Under the pieces are notes generated by a model, which worked only from the letters and a program-made list of their open reading frames with translations, was not told where the DNA came from and made no database searches. A stretch of DNA of 63,803 nt, the filler included, from an uncultured Methanosarcinales archaeon (GTDB taxonomy: Archaea; Nanobdellota; Nanobdellia; Woesearchaeales; B54-G15), in NCBI GenBank assembly GCA_964519225.1. It is 4 parts of 4 records of this genome, joined end to end, with 100 filler letters (N's around TTAATTAATTAA, not from the genome) between each part and the next. Parts side by side here need not be neighbours in the genome. Positions count along the whole stretch, not along the records: positions 26,864 to 57,043 come from CAZFJK010000009.1; 3 more parts are not named here. One strand, given 5' to 3'. The first letter of the stretch is position 1, and every line of letters starts with the position of its first letter. Positions 37,201-46,965 of the stretch are shown piece by piece. Both the position numbers and the translations under genes were made by a program.

Positions 37201-38377
37201 GCAATTCTCTCAAATCCTCTCTTGCCCCATGTCCGCTAACATGAACATCCTTAAAATACTGAATCCCTTTGAGCTTAAGCTCATTCTCAAGTTCTTTTCT
37301 TTGCTTTTTATTCAATTCAGTCGGTATTGTCCTGCAGCTGAAAATAATACAGTCCTCATCGTTAAAGCCGTACTTCAGCTTATCTTCAGCCATCCTTCTC
37401 AAAACACTTTTCGGCTCTCCCTGATTTCCAGTCACAACGAGAAAATACTTATCTTTCTTTCTCCCAATTCGTTTAATTTCTTTCTTTATCTTATCGGCAT
37501 ACCTCACGATCTTCACCTCTCTAAAATCAACAAGGCCGAGTTCCTGCGCAGCAACGCAGTACCTAAACAAACTCCTACCAAGAAAGACAACCTTTCTACC
37601 AAGATCAAATCCAAACCTCATCAAAGCCTTTAACCTAGCAATATGACTGCTAAAAGTAGTTGCAACAATACCTTTCTTTTCAGCAACATCAAATTCCAAA
37701 TCTTTTAGCATCTCCCTTACAACGCTCTCGCTAGGCGTTTTCTGTTCGGTTCCAGCATAAAGCGCATCACCAATCAAGACCTTTACCTTTCCTTTCAGCT
37801 TTTGCAAAGCATCATAATTAGTCCTTTTCCCAAGCGTAGGAAAATTATCAAACTTAAAATCATTCGTGTATAAAACAACACCGTCAGCTGTATGAACAGC
37901 AATCATTACACTTTGCGGCGTAGAATGAACAGTGTTAACAAATTCAATCCTCATTCCACCAAGCTTAATAGTGCTATTTACATTCAACCTGATAATCTGA
38001 TTATGCAACTTAATCTTCTCATCCCGCAAAATTCTTTCAAGAACAGCACAACAATAAGGCGTTGCAATAACAGGACACCTATACCTGTTTGCTAAATAAG
38101 GAACAGCGCCTATATGATCTAAATGCGCATGACTCAGAATTATTGCTTTAACATCGTGCCTCAAATCGCCAAGAATTCTATCATCGGGAATTGCTTCAGC
38201 TTCCCTTAAAGCTTTAACAGTCACTTTCCTCAAAGTTTCTCCTTCCTCTTCAGTACATTCAATATATCTCGGAACATGATAACCCATATCGAGCAGAATA
38301 ATATCATCGCCGCACTTAACAGCAGTGCAATTTCTTCCTACTTCTCCATAACCGCCAATTGGAATAATCTCTAACAT
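37067..38377 (-). CDS. rnj: Ribonuclease J (archaeal, beta-CASP)
   Basis: PIGGYGEVGRN, SHAHLDHIG, HSTPQS, DFKFD, TTFSSHIAR, TGNQGEP, HVSGH. Confidence 0.95.
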   Translation of the reverse strand: MLEIIPIGGYGEVGRNCTAVKCGDDIILLDMGYHVPRYIECTEEEGETLRKVTVKALREAEAIPDDRILGDLRHDVKAIILSHAHLDHIGAVPYLANRYRCPVIATPYCCAVLERILRDEKIKLHNQIIRLNVNSTIKLGGMRIEFVNTVHSTPQSVMIAVHTADGVVLYTNDFKFDNFPTLGKRTNYDALQKLKGKVKVLIGDALYAGTEQKTPSESVVREMLKDLEFDVAEKKGIVATTFSSHIARLKALMRFGFDLGRKVVFLGRSLFRYCVAAQELGLVDFREVKIVRYADKIKKEIKRIGRKKDKYFLVVTGNQGEPKSVLRRMAEDKLKYGFNDEDCIIFSCRTIPTELNKKQRKELENELKLKGIQYFKDVHVSGHGAREDLRELLRMTMPELVLPSHADKENSKALAELCDEVGIKARIAQNGEWMKI

Positions 38378-39255
38378 TTTAGTTCCCTCTCTATAGCTCT
38401 TTTATATTCTTTAATAAACCATCTGAGGAATATGAACTCATTTTTCTTCGTCTGCGCTCTTTCTAAAGCAGAATAATATCTCGCACGATTCCTGTACTCT
38501 ATTATAAACATAGGGTAATTCTTATGCCATAGTATCCAGTTCATCAATAGCCTGGAAATCCTTCCATTCCCGTCTGCAAACGGATGTATTGTAACAAATT
38601 TCAAATGAGCCAAACCAGCAACCTCTACAGGATGAAGTCTATTTAAACTTCTATTTAACCATCTGAAAAATTCTGAAAGCAGAGCATTTAGTTCTGCGGG
38701 TGTCGGCGGAACAAACTTAGAACCACTTATCCTAACTTGATGTTTTCTTATTCTTCCAGCAATATCTTTCTTCGTATCCCTAAATAATTTGTAATGCCAT
38801 TCTAGAACCTTATGTAAAGAAATCCTCCTTTCTTTTAACATCTCCATAAAAACATTAAAATGGTTTTCAGCTTCTTTCACATCAGCCAAAAGTTTATTCC
38901 CAGGTATGATTCCTTTTTCTATCACCAAAGCCGTATCTCTTAGTGTTAGGGTACTTCCTTCAATTCTATCTGTATTGTAAGTAAATCTTATTCCAAAATC
39001 CATTAAGCGTTTTTCCTTAACAGAATTCGGAAGCTTTTTTTCGAGCTGAATAAAACGTTTTCTCAATCTTTCTATTTCATCGTATGTCTGCGAATAAACT
39101 TCTCTAAAAAACTCAATCATAACAATCTCTAGATTTTTTGGAAGATTCTTTCCAAGATATTTTTCTATTGTTCTATATCCTCCTTTTACCCTTGTGACGT
39201 GTCTCAAATAATAGAAGGTTTGTTTTCCAACGCGCTTCTTGATTAAAACTACCAT
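38371..39255 (-). CDS. Fic-domain protein
   Basis: HPFADGNGRISR active site; YNTDRIEGS. Confidence 0.94.
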   Translation of the reverse strand: MVVLIKKRVGKQTFYYLRHVTRVKGGYRTIEKYLGKNLPKNLEIVMIEFFREVYSQTYDEIERLRKRFIQLEKKLPNSVKEKRLMDFGIRFTYNTDRIEGSTLTLRDTALVIEKGIIPGNKLLADVKEAENHFNVFMEMLKERRISLHKVLEWHYKLFRDTKKDIAGRIRKHQVRISGSKFVPPTPAELNALLSEFFRWLNRSLNRLHPVEVAGLAHLKFVTIHPFADGNGRISRLLMNWILWHKNYPMFIIEYRNRARYYSALERAQTKKNEFIFLRWFIKEYKRAIERELKC

Positions 39256-39320
39256 TTAAATCTATTTACCCACACAAATATATAAAATTTACTATTTAAA
39301 ACAAAATTGTTGGTAAAGTA

Positions 39321-39455
39321 TGCGGGGGACGGGATTTTCGTTCCCTTTCCGTTAACGCTTTGCGCCGAAGGCGGAAAGGGTTAATTCGAACCCGCGCAGG
39401 CTCTTAAGCCACACGGCCCTCAACCGTGCCCGTTTGGCCACTCCGGCACCCCCGC
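39321..39455 (-). tRNA. tRNA-Leu(GAG) with 50-nt T-loop intron (39335-39384, position 59/60)
   Basis: GCGGGGG/CCCCCGC acceptor, CACGG-TTGAGGG-CCGTG, long variable arm; TTCG-AA^T...CGAA-AA^T-CCC forms a relaxed BHB. Confidence 0.9.
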
Positions 39456-39507
39456 ATTAGAAAGCAAAATCTATCTTAATTTAAAAAACTAATGCAAAAA
39501 TGAATAT

Positions 39508-40008
39508 TCAGAGAAATCGTCTTAATCTTTCCCTTACAACTCTTATTTGCTCATCAGTTATTTCTTCAATTATTTTTTCCATTTGAAGCAAAAATTGCTT
39601 TGCTGATTTGATATCCGAAATAACTTCTTCATCGGAAATCGCTTTTTTAATGTAATACTGAATATCAATCCTCCTCTCTTTAGATTTTTCAAGTTCTTCG
39701 TATAATTTATATGGAACAATTTTTTCTTGCACAAATAAGTATAACATAGCTTTAATAGTACAATCGTGTATTTCACACTTAATTCCGCACTTTCTCATTA
39801 AAGCATAAAACGCAAAATATCTTACATAATATGCAGCAACTATAGCCCAATCCATGACTCTCGCCTTAAAATTTGCATTCATCGACAAAAGAGAATCTTC
39901 CGCCTTTTTAAGATAGGCTTTACATAAATTATCCGATGGTTTAGTTAATCTTAGACCACTCTTTTGTTTTATACACCAACCGATCTTATCTCTTAATGAT
40001 TTTTTCAT
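39508..40008 (-). CDS. HEPN-domain toxin
   Basis: AYLKKAEDSL, WAIVAAYY, G...EIHDCTI, ERRIDIQYY. Confidence 0.87.
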   Translation of the reverse strand: MKKSLRDKIGWCIKQKSGLRLTKPSDNLCKAYLKKAEDSLLSMNANFKARVMDWAIVAAYYVRYFAFYALMRKCGIKCEIHDCTIKAMLYLFVQEKIVPYKLYEELEKSKERRIDIQYYIKKAISDEEVISDIKSAKQFLLQMEKIIEEITDEQIRVVRERLRRFL

Positions 40009-40609
40009 AATAATCCCACATTAAGCTTACTAGTATCTCAGGATTTCTTAAAATAACATGATTCTTCAAAATTTCTACTGCAAGAAAATCTTTTCTTTCC
40101 AGCGCCTTAGCAAATTCTTCAGGCGTGGAAGTCTTAAGAGCTATCTTTTTGTCGTATTTTTCTTCTATACTCCTAACAAAAGATTTATTTTGTAAATCAC
40201 CCAACACTAAAAGATCAATATCCGACTCTGGCCTTGCTTCACCCTTTGTATACGAACCGAATAAAATAACACTATGTTCAAATTTCAGTTTTTTGATCAA
40301 ATCAAGAAAAATCTTTTTAATCAAGAAATTTCTTTTTAAAAAATCTAAAGCAAGATAGTTTTCTGCAGCAACAAGATAGAATTTGGTTAAAATATTATCC
40401 AAATTAAGATAAAATTCTTTATGCTTACCAACGTACCGCGACTTAAAAATTTTCAATCTCTCTAACCTATTCAGGTGCAAAGAAACAGTTCGGTGCGTAA
40501 TCTTTAAAATAGACGCTATTTGTCTCAAATGAATCCTTTTCAAATAATCGTCTAAATATAAAGACACGATTTTCAGCACAATTTCATTAATGGGTATTTT
40601 TATAGCCAT
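39986..40609 (-). CDS. wHTH-MNT antitoxin
   Basis: HLRQIASILKITHRTV HTH; LFGSYTKGEARPESDIDL. Confidence 0.9.
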   Translation of the reverse strand: MAIKIPINEIVLKIVSLYLDDYLKRIHLRQIASILKITHRTVSLHLNRLERLKIFKSRYVGKHKEFYLNLDNILTKFYLVAAENYLALDFLKRNFLIKKIFLDLIKKLKFEHSVILFGSYTKGEARPESDIDLLVLGDLQNKSFVRSIEEKYDKKIALKTSTPEEFAKALERKDFLAVEILKNHVILRNPEILVSLMWDYYEKIIKR

Positions 40610-40629
40610 ATGGATACATAATTAACCTA
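40590..40629. promoter_or_regulatory. Tandem 20-bp imperfect palindromes straddling the MNT start codon
   Basis: ATGGGTATTTTTATAGCCAT (40590-40609) and ATGGATACATAATTAACCTA (40610-40629). Confidence 0.55.
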
Positions 40630-40671
40630 TATATAAAAATATTTCGAAAGAAAACAAAGAATAACAAATAA

Positions 40672-41139
40672 TTATAACTTAGTAAGCCTTTCTTCAATCG
40701 CAGTCAGCTCCCGCTCAATCTTTTCGATCTCACTTAACTCACGTCTTGGTTTTGGTTTTTCTTTCTTCGCTTTTTTCTTTTTCTTAGCTTTCTTCTTCAC
40801 TTTCTTCACCTTCTTCACTGCTTTTGGCTTTACTTCTTCCTTTTTCTCAACAACTTCTTCAATTGGCTTAACTTCTTCAACCCTGATTTCCCGCTTTGGA
40901 AGTCTTACTCCAGTTTTAGGCAGCAACTTTTTGACTTTCCCTATCAGTCTACCAATCTCATCACTCAATACCTTAAGTTTACTGATCAACTCAAGTTTCT
41001 CTTCTCTTATTCGTTTAAACTGCTCATATCTCTTCAAATATTGCAAAACATCTCTCGTTGCTTCAAGCAGATGCCTTCTCAATGCAATTGGATCCTCAAT
41101 TCCAATATACAAAGGACTTTCTTCTTTTTTCTTTACCAT
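40672..41139 (-). CDS. Hypothetical coiled-coil protein with Lys-rich linker
   Basis: PLYIGI, heptad helices, KKVKKVKKKAKKKKK, C-terminal helix. Confidence 0.75.
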   Translation of the reverse strand: MVKKKEESPLYIGIEDPIALRRHLLEATRDVLQYLKRYEQFKRIREEKLELISKLKVLSDEIGRLIGKVKKLLPKTGVRLPKREIRVEEVKPIEEVVEKKEEVKPKAVKKVKKVKKKAKKKKKAKKEKPKPRRELSEIEKIERELTAIEERLTKL

Positions 41140-41140
41140 T

Positions 41141-41368
41141 TTACAACATGCTTGGCTCAAACAGGGCTTTATCCACAAACTCGATCTTTCTTTCTATTTC
41201 TTCAACTCCGCTATGCCAAAGCTCAAGTTCTGCATCTTCTTCATTCTTTAGCTCATTAATCCTGCTCAACAACTCCTTCGCTTCTGCAAGCTTGTTCTTG
41301 ATCATCTTGATCAAATCCAACACATCTTTGTATTCATCAATTTTTACATATACAGGCATTTCAGGCAT
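41141..41368 (-). CDS. Small coiled-coil hypothetical protein
   Basis: PVYVKIDEY followed by a helical hairpin; SD AGGTGA. Confidence 0.78.
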   Translation of the reverse strand: MPEMPVYVKIDEYKDVLDLIKMIKNKLAEAKELLSRINELKNEEDAELELWHSGVEEIERKIEFVDKALFEPSML

Positions 41369-41373
41369 TTGAA

Positions 41374-41805
41374 TCACCTAAAAAGTATTTTATCTGCAAA
41401 GATCAATTTCTTTTGAACATCAAGCAACAATCTTTGCCAATTTTCGTACTCTTTATTTTGCAATTCCTTTGTTTCAATCAATCTTTTTGCAGCCTCGCTA
41501 ACTTCCTTTGCCATTGTTCTGCTTAACATCAGATCCTCCATAGCTTCGCTGTAGGTTTCAATTTTTACAAAAACAGGTTTAACTTCTCTGTGTTCTTTCA
41601 ATGCTTCAAATGTTTTCCGTTCTTTTTCAACGATTTCTTCTTCGATCCTTTCAGCTTCAGGAATCCTTACTTTAATCTCCTTGATCTTCTCGGGCTTAAC
41701 CTTGATTTCTCTTTTAGGAACAGCTTTAATCTCAATCTCCTCCTCTGGCGGTGGAGGAACCTCCAAGCCAGCAACCTCTTTTGCTTTTTTCTTAAAGAAT
41801 ATCAT
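41374..41805 (-). CDS. Hypothetical protein, paralog of 41141-41368 with Pro/Glu-rich N-terminus
   Basis: PVFVKIETY...W...L..V.KKL.F.DK.LF. Confidence 0.78.
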   Translation of the reverse strand: MIFFKKKAKEVAGLEVPPPPEEEIEIKAVPKREIKVKPEKIKEIKVRIPEAERIEEEIVEKERKTFEALKEHREVKPVFVKIETYSEAMEDLMLSRTMAKEVSEAAKRLIETKELQNKEYENWQRLLLDVQKKLIFADKILFR

Positions 41806-41905
41806 TTTCCACCCTGAACAACAGTCCCCACGGTTTATTAAAACTTTTCCTACTATTCTAGAATAATAACAAATTATTTAATACTCTAAACTAACTACAA
41901 AAAGT

Positions 41906-42916
41906 ATGGAGAAACTGTGCAGAGCAAAATATTGGCGCGTGCTAAAAGATAAAACCGTTCAGTGTCAGCTTTGTCCAAGATTCTGCACAATAGAACCATC
42001 TCAGCTTGGTAATTGCAAGACGAGAAAGAACATTGATGGAACACTGTATGCACTAAACTATGCAAAACCAGTAGCTGTTCATATAGATCCAATCGAAAAA
42101 AAACCACTTTTCCATTTCCTTCCAGCGTCAATATCGTTTTCAGTCGGAACAGCAGGATGCAATCTTCACTGCAAATACTGTCAGAACTGGCAAATCTCTC
42201 AAGCCTCACCAGAAGACATTCCTTACTACAACATCCCTCCAGAAAAAGTCGTTGAAGATGCTCTTAAAAACAAATGCAAATCGATTTCTTATACTTATAC
42301 AGAGCCAAACATCTTCTATGAGTACGTCCTTGACACAGCAATCATCGCGAAAAAGAAAGGTATAAGAAATGTTCTCGTCACAAATGCTTATATAAACGAA
42401 AAACCAGCATCAGAGCTGTACCGCTATATCGATGCTGCAAATATCGACTTAAAATCTTTCTCAGATGAATTTTACAAAAAAATATGCGATGCTTCGCTCG
42501 AGCCTGTTCTGAAAACAATAAAGCTAGCAAAAAAGAAAGGTGTTTGGATTGAAATTACAAACCTCATTATCCCAACCTTAAACGATTCACCAGACGAAAT
42601 AAAACAGCTTTGCAAATGGATTGCGGACCTCGATAAAAACATTCCATTACACTTTTCTCGTTTCTTTCCAGATTATCAACTGCTCAACATTCAGCCGACG
42701 CCAATAGAAACACTTTTCAAAGCATATGAAATAGCAAGAGAATGCGGTTTGCGCTTTGTTTACATCGGAAACATCATCTCAGAAAAAGAAAATACATACT
42801 GTCCTAAATGCGGCTCATTAATCATAAAGCGCTTTGGCTTTTCAGTTCTCGACATTAAAATAAAAAACGGAAAATGCAATTTCTGTAAAGAAAAAATCCC
42901 GGGCATTTGGCCATAG
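41906..42916 (+). CDS. amrS: AmmeMemoRadiSam-system radical SAM enzyme
   Basis: CQLCPRFC, DPIEKKPLFHF, GCNLHCKYCQNW, YTYTEP, C-terminal CPKC...CNFC. Confidence 0.93.
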   Translation: MEKLCRAKYWRVLKDKTVQCQLCPRFCTIEPSQLGNCKTRKNIDGTLYALNYAKPVAVHIDPIEKKPLFHFLPASISFSVGTAGCNLHCKYCQNWQISQASPEDIPYYNIPPEKVVEDALKNKCKSISYTYTEPNIFYEYVLDTAIIAKKKGIRNVLVTNAYINEKPASELYRYIDAANIDLKSFSDEFYKKICDASLEPVLKTIKLAKKKGVWIEITNLIIPTLNDSPDEIKQLCKWIADLDKNIPLHFSRFFPDYQLLNIQPTPIETLFKAYEIARECGLRFVYIGNIISEKENTYCPKCGSLIIKRFGFSVLDIKIKNGKCNFCKEKIPGIWP

Positions 42917-42979
42917 CATAGCCAAGTCGTTGCTAATACTACACCAAGGATTTTTCTAACAAAAAACAGTTTAAAACAT

Positions 42980-44290
42980 ATGTACAAAAATTCAATAAAA
43001 CTACTTTTCATTTTCCTAATCATATTTGTAACATCATCCATAGCCATAGCGCAAAATCTCAAATCAGAAATAATCCTGCCAGAACAACTCACCCCAAATG
43101 AAGAATACCATCACATCTTCAAAATTATAAATACAGACTTCAAACGTGGCTCGCATTTCAATATAAACGCAACAGTAACCCTTAACATTTCATCAAATGG
43201 TTTCTTTCTCAACAGGACTTTCGCACTTTACGGAATAAATTGGTACAAGAAGCCACGACTCGAGCCGCCATTCGTACCAGCCGAGAACAGAACATACCTC
43301 ATCTGCGTAGAAATTATAAACTCATCAATAAACAACTCAAACAAATCAGACGACAAGTTATGTAGAACAGCAACTACTGCTATCAGCACAGCAAACAACA
43401 ATGAAACAAACATAAACCAAAACCAAACGCCAACAATTCTTATTCAAATACTAAATCAGAACAAAACACTTATTGAAGGCGAAACAATATTCTTCAAGCA
43501 CATCATTAACTGTTCATCGAATTTTTCAATAACTTATTGGATCGAAGACATCTATGGAAATATAGCAAAGACAAAGCGAAACACAACATCCTTATCAAAA
43601 AAGCAGTGGAAAACAAAAGCATACTCACAAATATCTCCTTACTTTATCAAATCAATATTATTCTGCGAAAGAACAAACATTTCAACCATAGCTCTATTCT
43701 TCGTTTTAAAAACACACGAAGAACAAAACAAACAAAGCACAGAGAAAGAGCAAAAAGAAAAAGCAGATGATCACAAAACCAACAAGCACAAAACATCAAA
43801 AGATTCAAAAGATCATTGCGTAAATAAAATCCATATCAAAGCTCCATCAAAAGGAAACTTCGGCAACACAATTAATGTCGCAGTACAGATCCACCGCTGT
43901 AAAGGAAGAAAGAAAAAGGTAGAATTAAAAATCCTCGATAAATACAATTTCACAATCGCAAAAACAAAGCTCAATATAAACAGCACGGGCAAATTCTCAT
44001 TCACCATTCCTTTGAACATACCACCATGTTCATATTGCTACAGTGGAAATTACACAATCCTCGTCAATGGATTAAACACAAACACATCAGGCAAAATATT
44101 CCTTGAACAGCAAACACAACATTCAATCAATACAAACACACAAACATCAAATAAAAAAGAGCTTATTCTCAAAGCAAAAAAAACACAACTACCTCAAAAA
44201 GAAATCTATAGCAAACAAACAAAACGTATCTTTCCTTATCTCTTCTTTACACTTATCGGCCTTCTTCCGTTTATTGCAAGGCGCAGATAA
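42980..44290 (+). CDS. Secreted, C-terminally anchored putative glycoprotein
   Basis: Signal peptide, about 18 N-x-S/T sequons, C-terminal TM followed by RRR. Confidence 0.75.
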   Translation: MYKNSIKLLFIFLIIFVTSSIAIAQNLKSEIILPEQLTPNEEYHHIFKIINTDFKRGSHFNINATVTLNISSNGFFLNRTFALYGINWYKKPRLEPPFVPAENRTYLICVEIINSSINNSNKSDDKLCRTATTAISTANNNETNINQNQTPTILIQILNQNKTLIEGETIFFKHIINCSSNFSITYWIEDIYGNIAKTKRNTTSLSKKQWKTKAYSQISPYFIKSILFCERTNISTIALFFVLKTHEEQNKQSTEKEQKEKADDHKTNKHKTSKDSKDHCVNKIHIKAPSKGNFGNTINVAVQIHRCKGRKKKVELKILDKYNFTIAKTKLNINSTGKFSFTIPLNIPPCSYCYSGNYTILVNGLNTNTSGKIFLEQQTQHSINTNTQTSNKKELILKAKKTQLPQKEIYSKQTKRIFPYLFFTLIGLLPFIARRR

Positions 44291-44320
44291 CTTTTTAAAC
44301 AAAACAAAAACCCTAACTAT

Positions 44321-44887
44321 ATGCAGCCGATCAGGGCAAGGACAATAATCGAATTGGTCGGAAAACCAAAAGAATTCGTTGAGCGCGCTTTTGAAAAAAC
44401 AAGGGAACTAATCAAGCAACACCCCGGCTTAGAACTTATCTCAGAAGATGTTGAACCAGTAAAGGAAAAACCAGAAGCAAAAAACTTGTTCGGCGGATTC
44501 GTAGAAATAGAAGCAAAATTTTCTTCGCTGCAATCACTCCTTGCATTTTGTTTTGAATTCACTCCAACGTCAGTTGAAATCATAGAGCCAGAGCAAATCA
44601 CAATTAAGAACAATGAACTAACCGCAATATTCAACGATCTCCAAGCAAAACTTCACGAACTCACAGCGCTTTACAAAAAATCAGAATTTGAGCAAAAGAT
44701 AGTTAGAAAGAATGCAGCACTTCTTTTAAGAAACTTCCTTTTCACCCTTTTATTCAAAAAGAAAAGAAACCTCGAACAGCTATCAAAGCTAACTGGCTTA
44801 CCACCTCACTCCTTGCAACAATTTCTCGATCAACTTATTAAAGAAGGAAAAGTTGTAAAAGAAAACGATCTTTACTCTTTAAAATGA
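44321..44887 (+). CDS. Conserved hypothetical protein (IIELVGKPKE...F.PTSVEIIEP) with C-terminal wHTH
   Basis: Ferredoxin-like N-terminus, coiled coil, HTH-like end; ATGA-coupled to scpB. Confidence 0.75.
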   Translation: MQPIRARTIIELVGKPKEFVERAFEKTRELIKQHPGLELISEDVEPVKEKPEAKNLFGGFVEIEAKFSSLQSLLAFCFEFTPTSVEIIEPEQITIKNNELTAIFNDLQAKLHELTALYKKSEFEQKIVRKNAALLLRNFLFTLLFKKKRNLEQLSKLTGLPPHSLQQFLDQLIKEGKVVKENDLYSLK

Positions 44888-45483
44888 ACGAGAAGAACAA
44901 AATTGAAGCAATCCTTTTCTCAACCGGTCGAAGAATGACAGTTGAAGAAATCTCATCACTTACAGGAATAGAAGACAAAGACCTTATTAAGCGCGTCCTT
45001 CTTGAACTCAAAGCAGATTATGAACAAAGAGGAACTTCCTTAACACTCAAAGAAGAAGCAGGAGGCTGGAAACTTACAGTAAAGGATCATTATGCTTATA
45101 TTGCAGAAAAACTTATCACAAAAGCAGAACTCGATAAACCCTTGCTTGAAACTCTTGCTGTAATCGCCTGGCGCTATCCTGTTATGCAATCAGAGGTTAT
45201 AAAAATTCGACATAACAAAGCATACGATCACATAAAACAGCTTGAAGAACTTGGCTTCATAAAAAGGATTAAACATGGCAGAACAAAAAAAATTATTCTA
45301 ACAGACCACTTTTTCGAATACTTTGATCTCCCAAGCAAAGAACAGAGGGAAGCATTAAAACGCATTGTTCCTCAGCATATAAAAGAAAAAATAGAATCCC
45401 AGGAACGCGAAATAGAACAAGCTGAGAAAAAGCTTGAAGAAATTAAAAAAGAAAAAGAAAATAAGGGTAAATCTGACAAATGA
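44884..45483 (+). CDS. scpB: SMC-Scp complex subunit ScpB
   Basis: IEAILF, LETLAVIA..YP..QSEVIKIR...AYDHIKQL, T..FFEYF. Confidence 0.93.
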   Translation: MNEKNKIEAILFSTGRRMTVEEISSLTGIEDKDLIKRVLLELKADYEQRGTSLTLKEEAGGWKLTVKDHYAYIAEKLITKAELDKPLLETLAVIAWRYPVMQSEVIKIRHNKAYDHIKQLEELGFIKRIKHGRTKKIILTDHFFEYFDLPSKEQREALKRIVPQHIKEKIESQEREIEQAEKKLEEIKKEKENKGKSDK

Positions 45484-46964
45484 AAAACACTAAAAATCCC
45501 AAAGAGGATGCATATATCCGAGATGTGATAAAGCGAGGAGACGAAGGTTCTGATTTGTTGGGAGAACTTTCCAGACAATCGTGGGATAAGAATTACATCC
45601 TTCAGTATAACGGCAGAGCATACATCAAACTACCAGAAAACGAACAGACAGTTGTGATTTTTCAGCTCACAGGTCCTCAAGAAGAAACAGATCCAAGAAA
45701 ATATACCAAAAAAACAATGGAAAGACTAGTGCAAATTACCAAAGAAAATGATCTTACCCCTTTGGCGATAGCAAATGTTATAGATTCTCAAACAGGCGAT
45801 CCTCCAATGCTTAAGGACATAATGAATGAACTGCTCAATTCAGGCATTCCTGTCATTAATGGTGAGAACGCTATTCTTGGTAAAGAAAGAATGGACCATC
45901 CAGTTTCTTTAGCTATAACTTGTATTGCGAAACCGGAAGGTGAAAGCAAAAACTTGAAAGAAGGTGTCTTTCAGTACAATGGAAGGGCATTTGCAGTATT
46001 CTATCATAGAAATCAACTCATCTTTGCAAACTCAGATGGCGTAGGAACAAAAACAGAGTTTTACGAAAGAGCATTGGAACTCGGAATAAGAAAAACAAAG
46101 TATGCTTTGCACGATTCTCTCGCAATGAAATTAGATGACGCTGCAAAACAATGCATTCGCGTTATGGCTATTTGCGATATCGTAGAGCATACTGAAAATT
46201 TCGATACAGCATACCTAAAGAAGCATGCTGAACACTTAGGCGTAAGATACGATCTTAACTATCTTCTTCAATGTGAAGTTTCTCCGAAATTTAAAGGCTA
46301 CAAACAGAGCGCTCCTGCATTCAATGTAAGTGGTTCTGCCGTTGGACTGATTCCAGAAACTCAGCTTGAAAAAGAGTTCGTTCCTGAAGCAGGAGACTTT
46401 TTGATTGCACTAGCAGGCGAAAAACCAAGCCCAAGGTCAAATGGAATAACAGCAAGAAGAAAATTCCTTATCGAAAAATATGGTCTTGATTGGCACTCGA
46501 ATCCAGAATTCAAAGAACGCATAGAAATTCTTGAGTATCTCACAACCCCAGCGACAATATTCTATCCTCTCTTTGTTTATCTTTTAAAGCAAGGAACGGT
46601 AACTGCTGTCTTTCATTTAAGCGGTGGCACTTACAACGGAAAACTTGCAAGACCTTTAGCAAAACACAACTTTATTGCAGTAATAGAATCGCTTTTCCCT
46701 TTAAGCAAGGAAGAGCTATTCTTTCTAAACCAAGACTTTTCAGAGCAAAATGTCAGAAATGCATTTGCAAAGTGGCCGATGGGAGCAGAAGGCTTTGTTT
46801 CAACACCTGACTTAGAATCAGCTTTAGAGCAGATCAACATGTTCAACAGATACAAAACAGTCGATAAATACAGAGCAAAACTCGCAGGAAGAATCTACCC
46901 TCCTGGAGCTCTTTTGCTAAATCCAGGAATAGGAGAATACCCAATACATTTCGGCGGTTCCTAA
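45480..46964 (+). CDS. PurM/AIR-synthetase-superfamily protein with duplicated N-terminal domain
   Basis: [42 protein letters not shown] in the C-terminal two thirds; extra N-terminal copy. Confidence 0.75.
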   Translation: MKNTKNPKEDAYIRDVIKRGDEGSDLLGELSRQSWDKNYILQYNGRAYIKLPENEQTVVIFQLTGPQEETDPRKYTKKTMERLVQITKENDLTPLAIANVIDSQTGDPPMLKDIMNELLNSGIPVINGENAILGKERMDHPVSLAITCIAKPEGESKNLKEGVFQYNGRAFAVFYHRNQLIFANSDGVGTKTEFYERALELGIRKTKYALHDSLAMKLDDAAKQCIRVMAICDIVEHTENFDTAYLKKHAEHLGVRYDLNYLLQCEVSPKFKGYKQSAPAFNVSGSAVGLIPETQLEKEFVPEAGDFLIALAGEKPSPRSNGITARRKFLIEKYGLDWHSNPEFKERIEILEYLTTPATIFYPLFVYLLKQGTVTAVFHLSGGTYNGKLARPLAKHNFIAVIESLFPLSKEELFFLNQDFSEQNVRNAFAKWPMGAEGFVSTPDLESALEQINMFNRYKTVDKYRAKLAGRIYPPGALLLNPGIGEYPIHFGGS

Positions 46965-46965
46965 A

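Noticed and set aside
35898..40609. TA/Fic cluster around tRNA-Leu as an integrated element
   Set aside because: No integrase or transposase, no duplicated tRNA end found, and core rnj lies in the middle.
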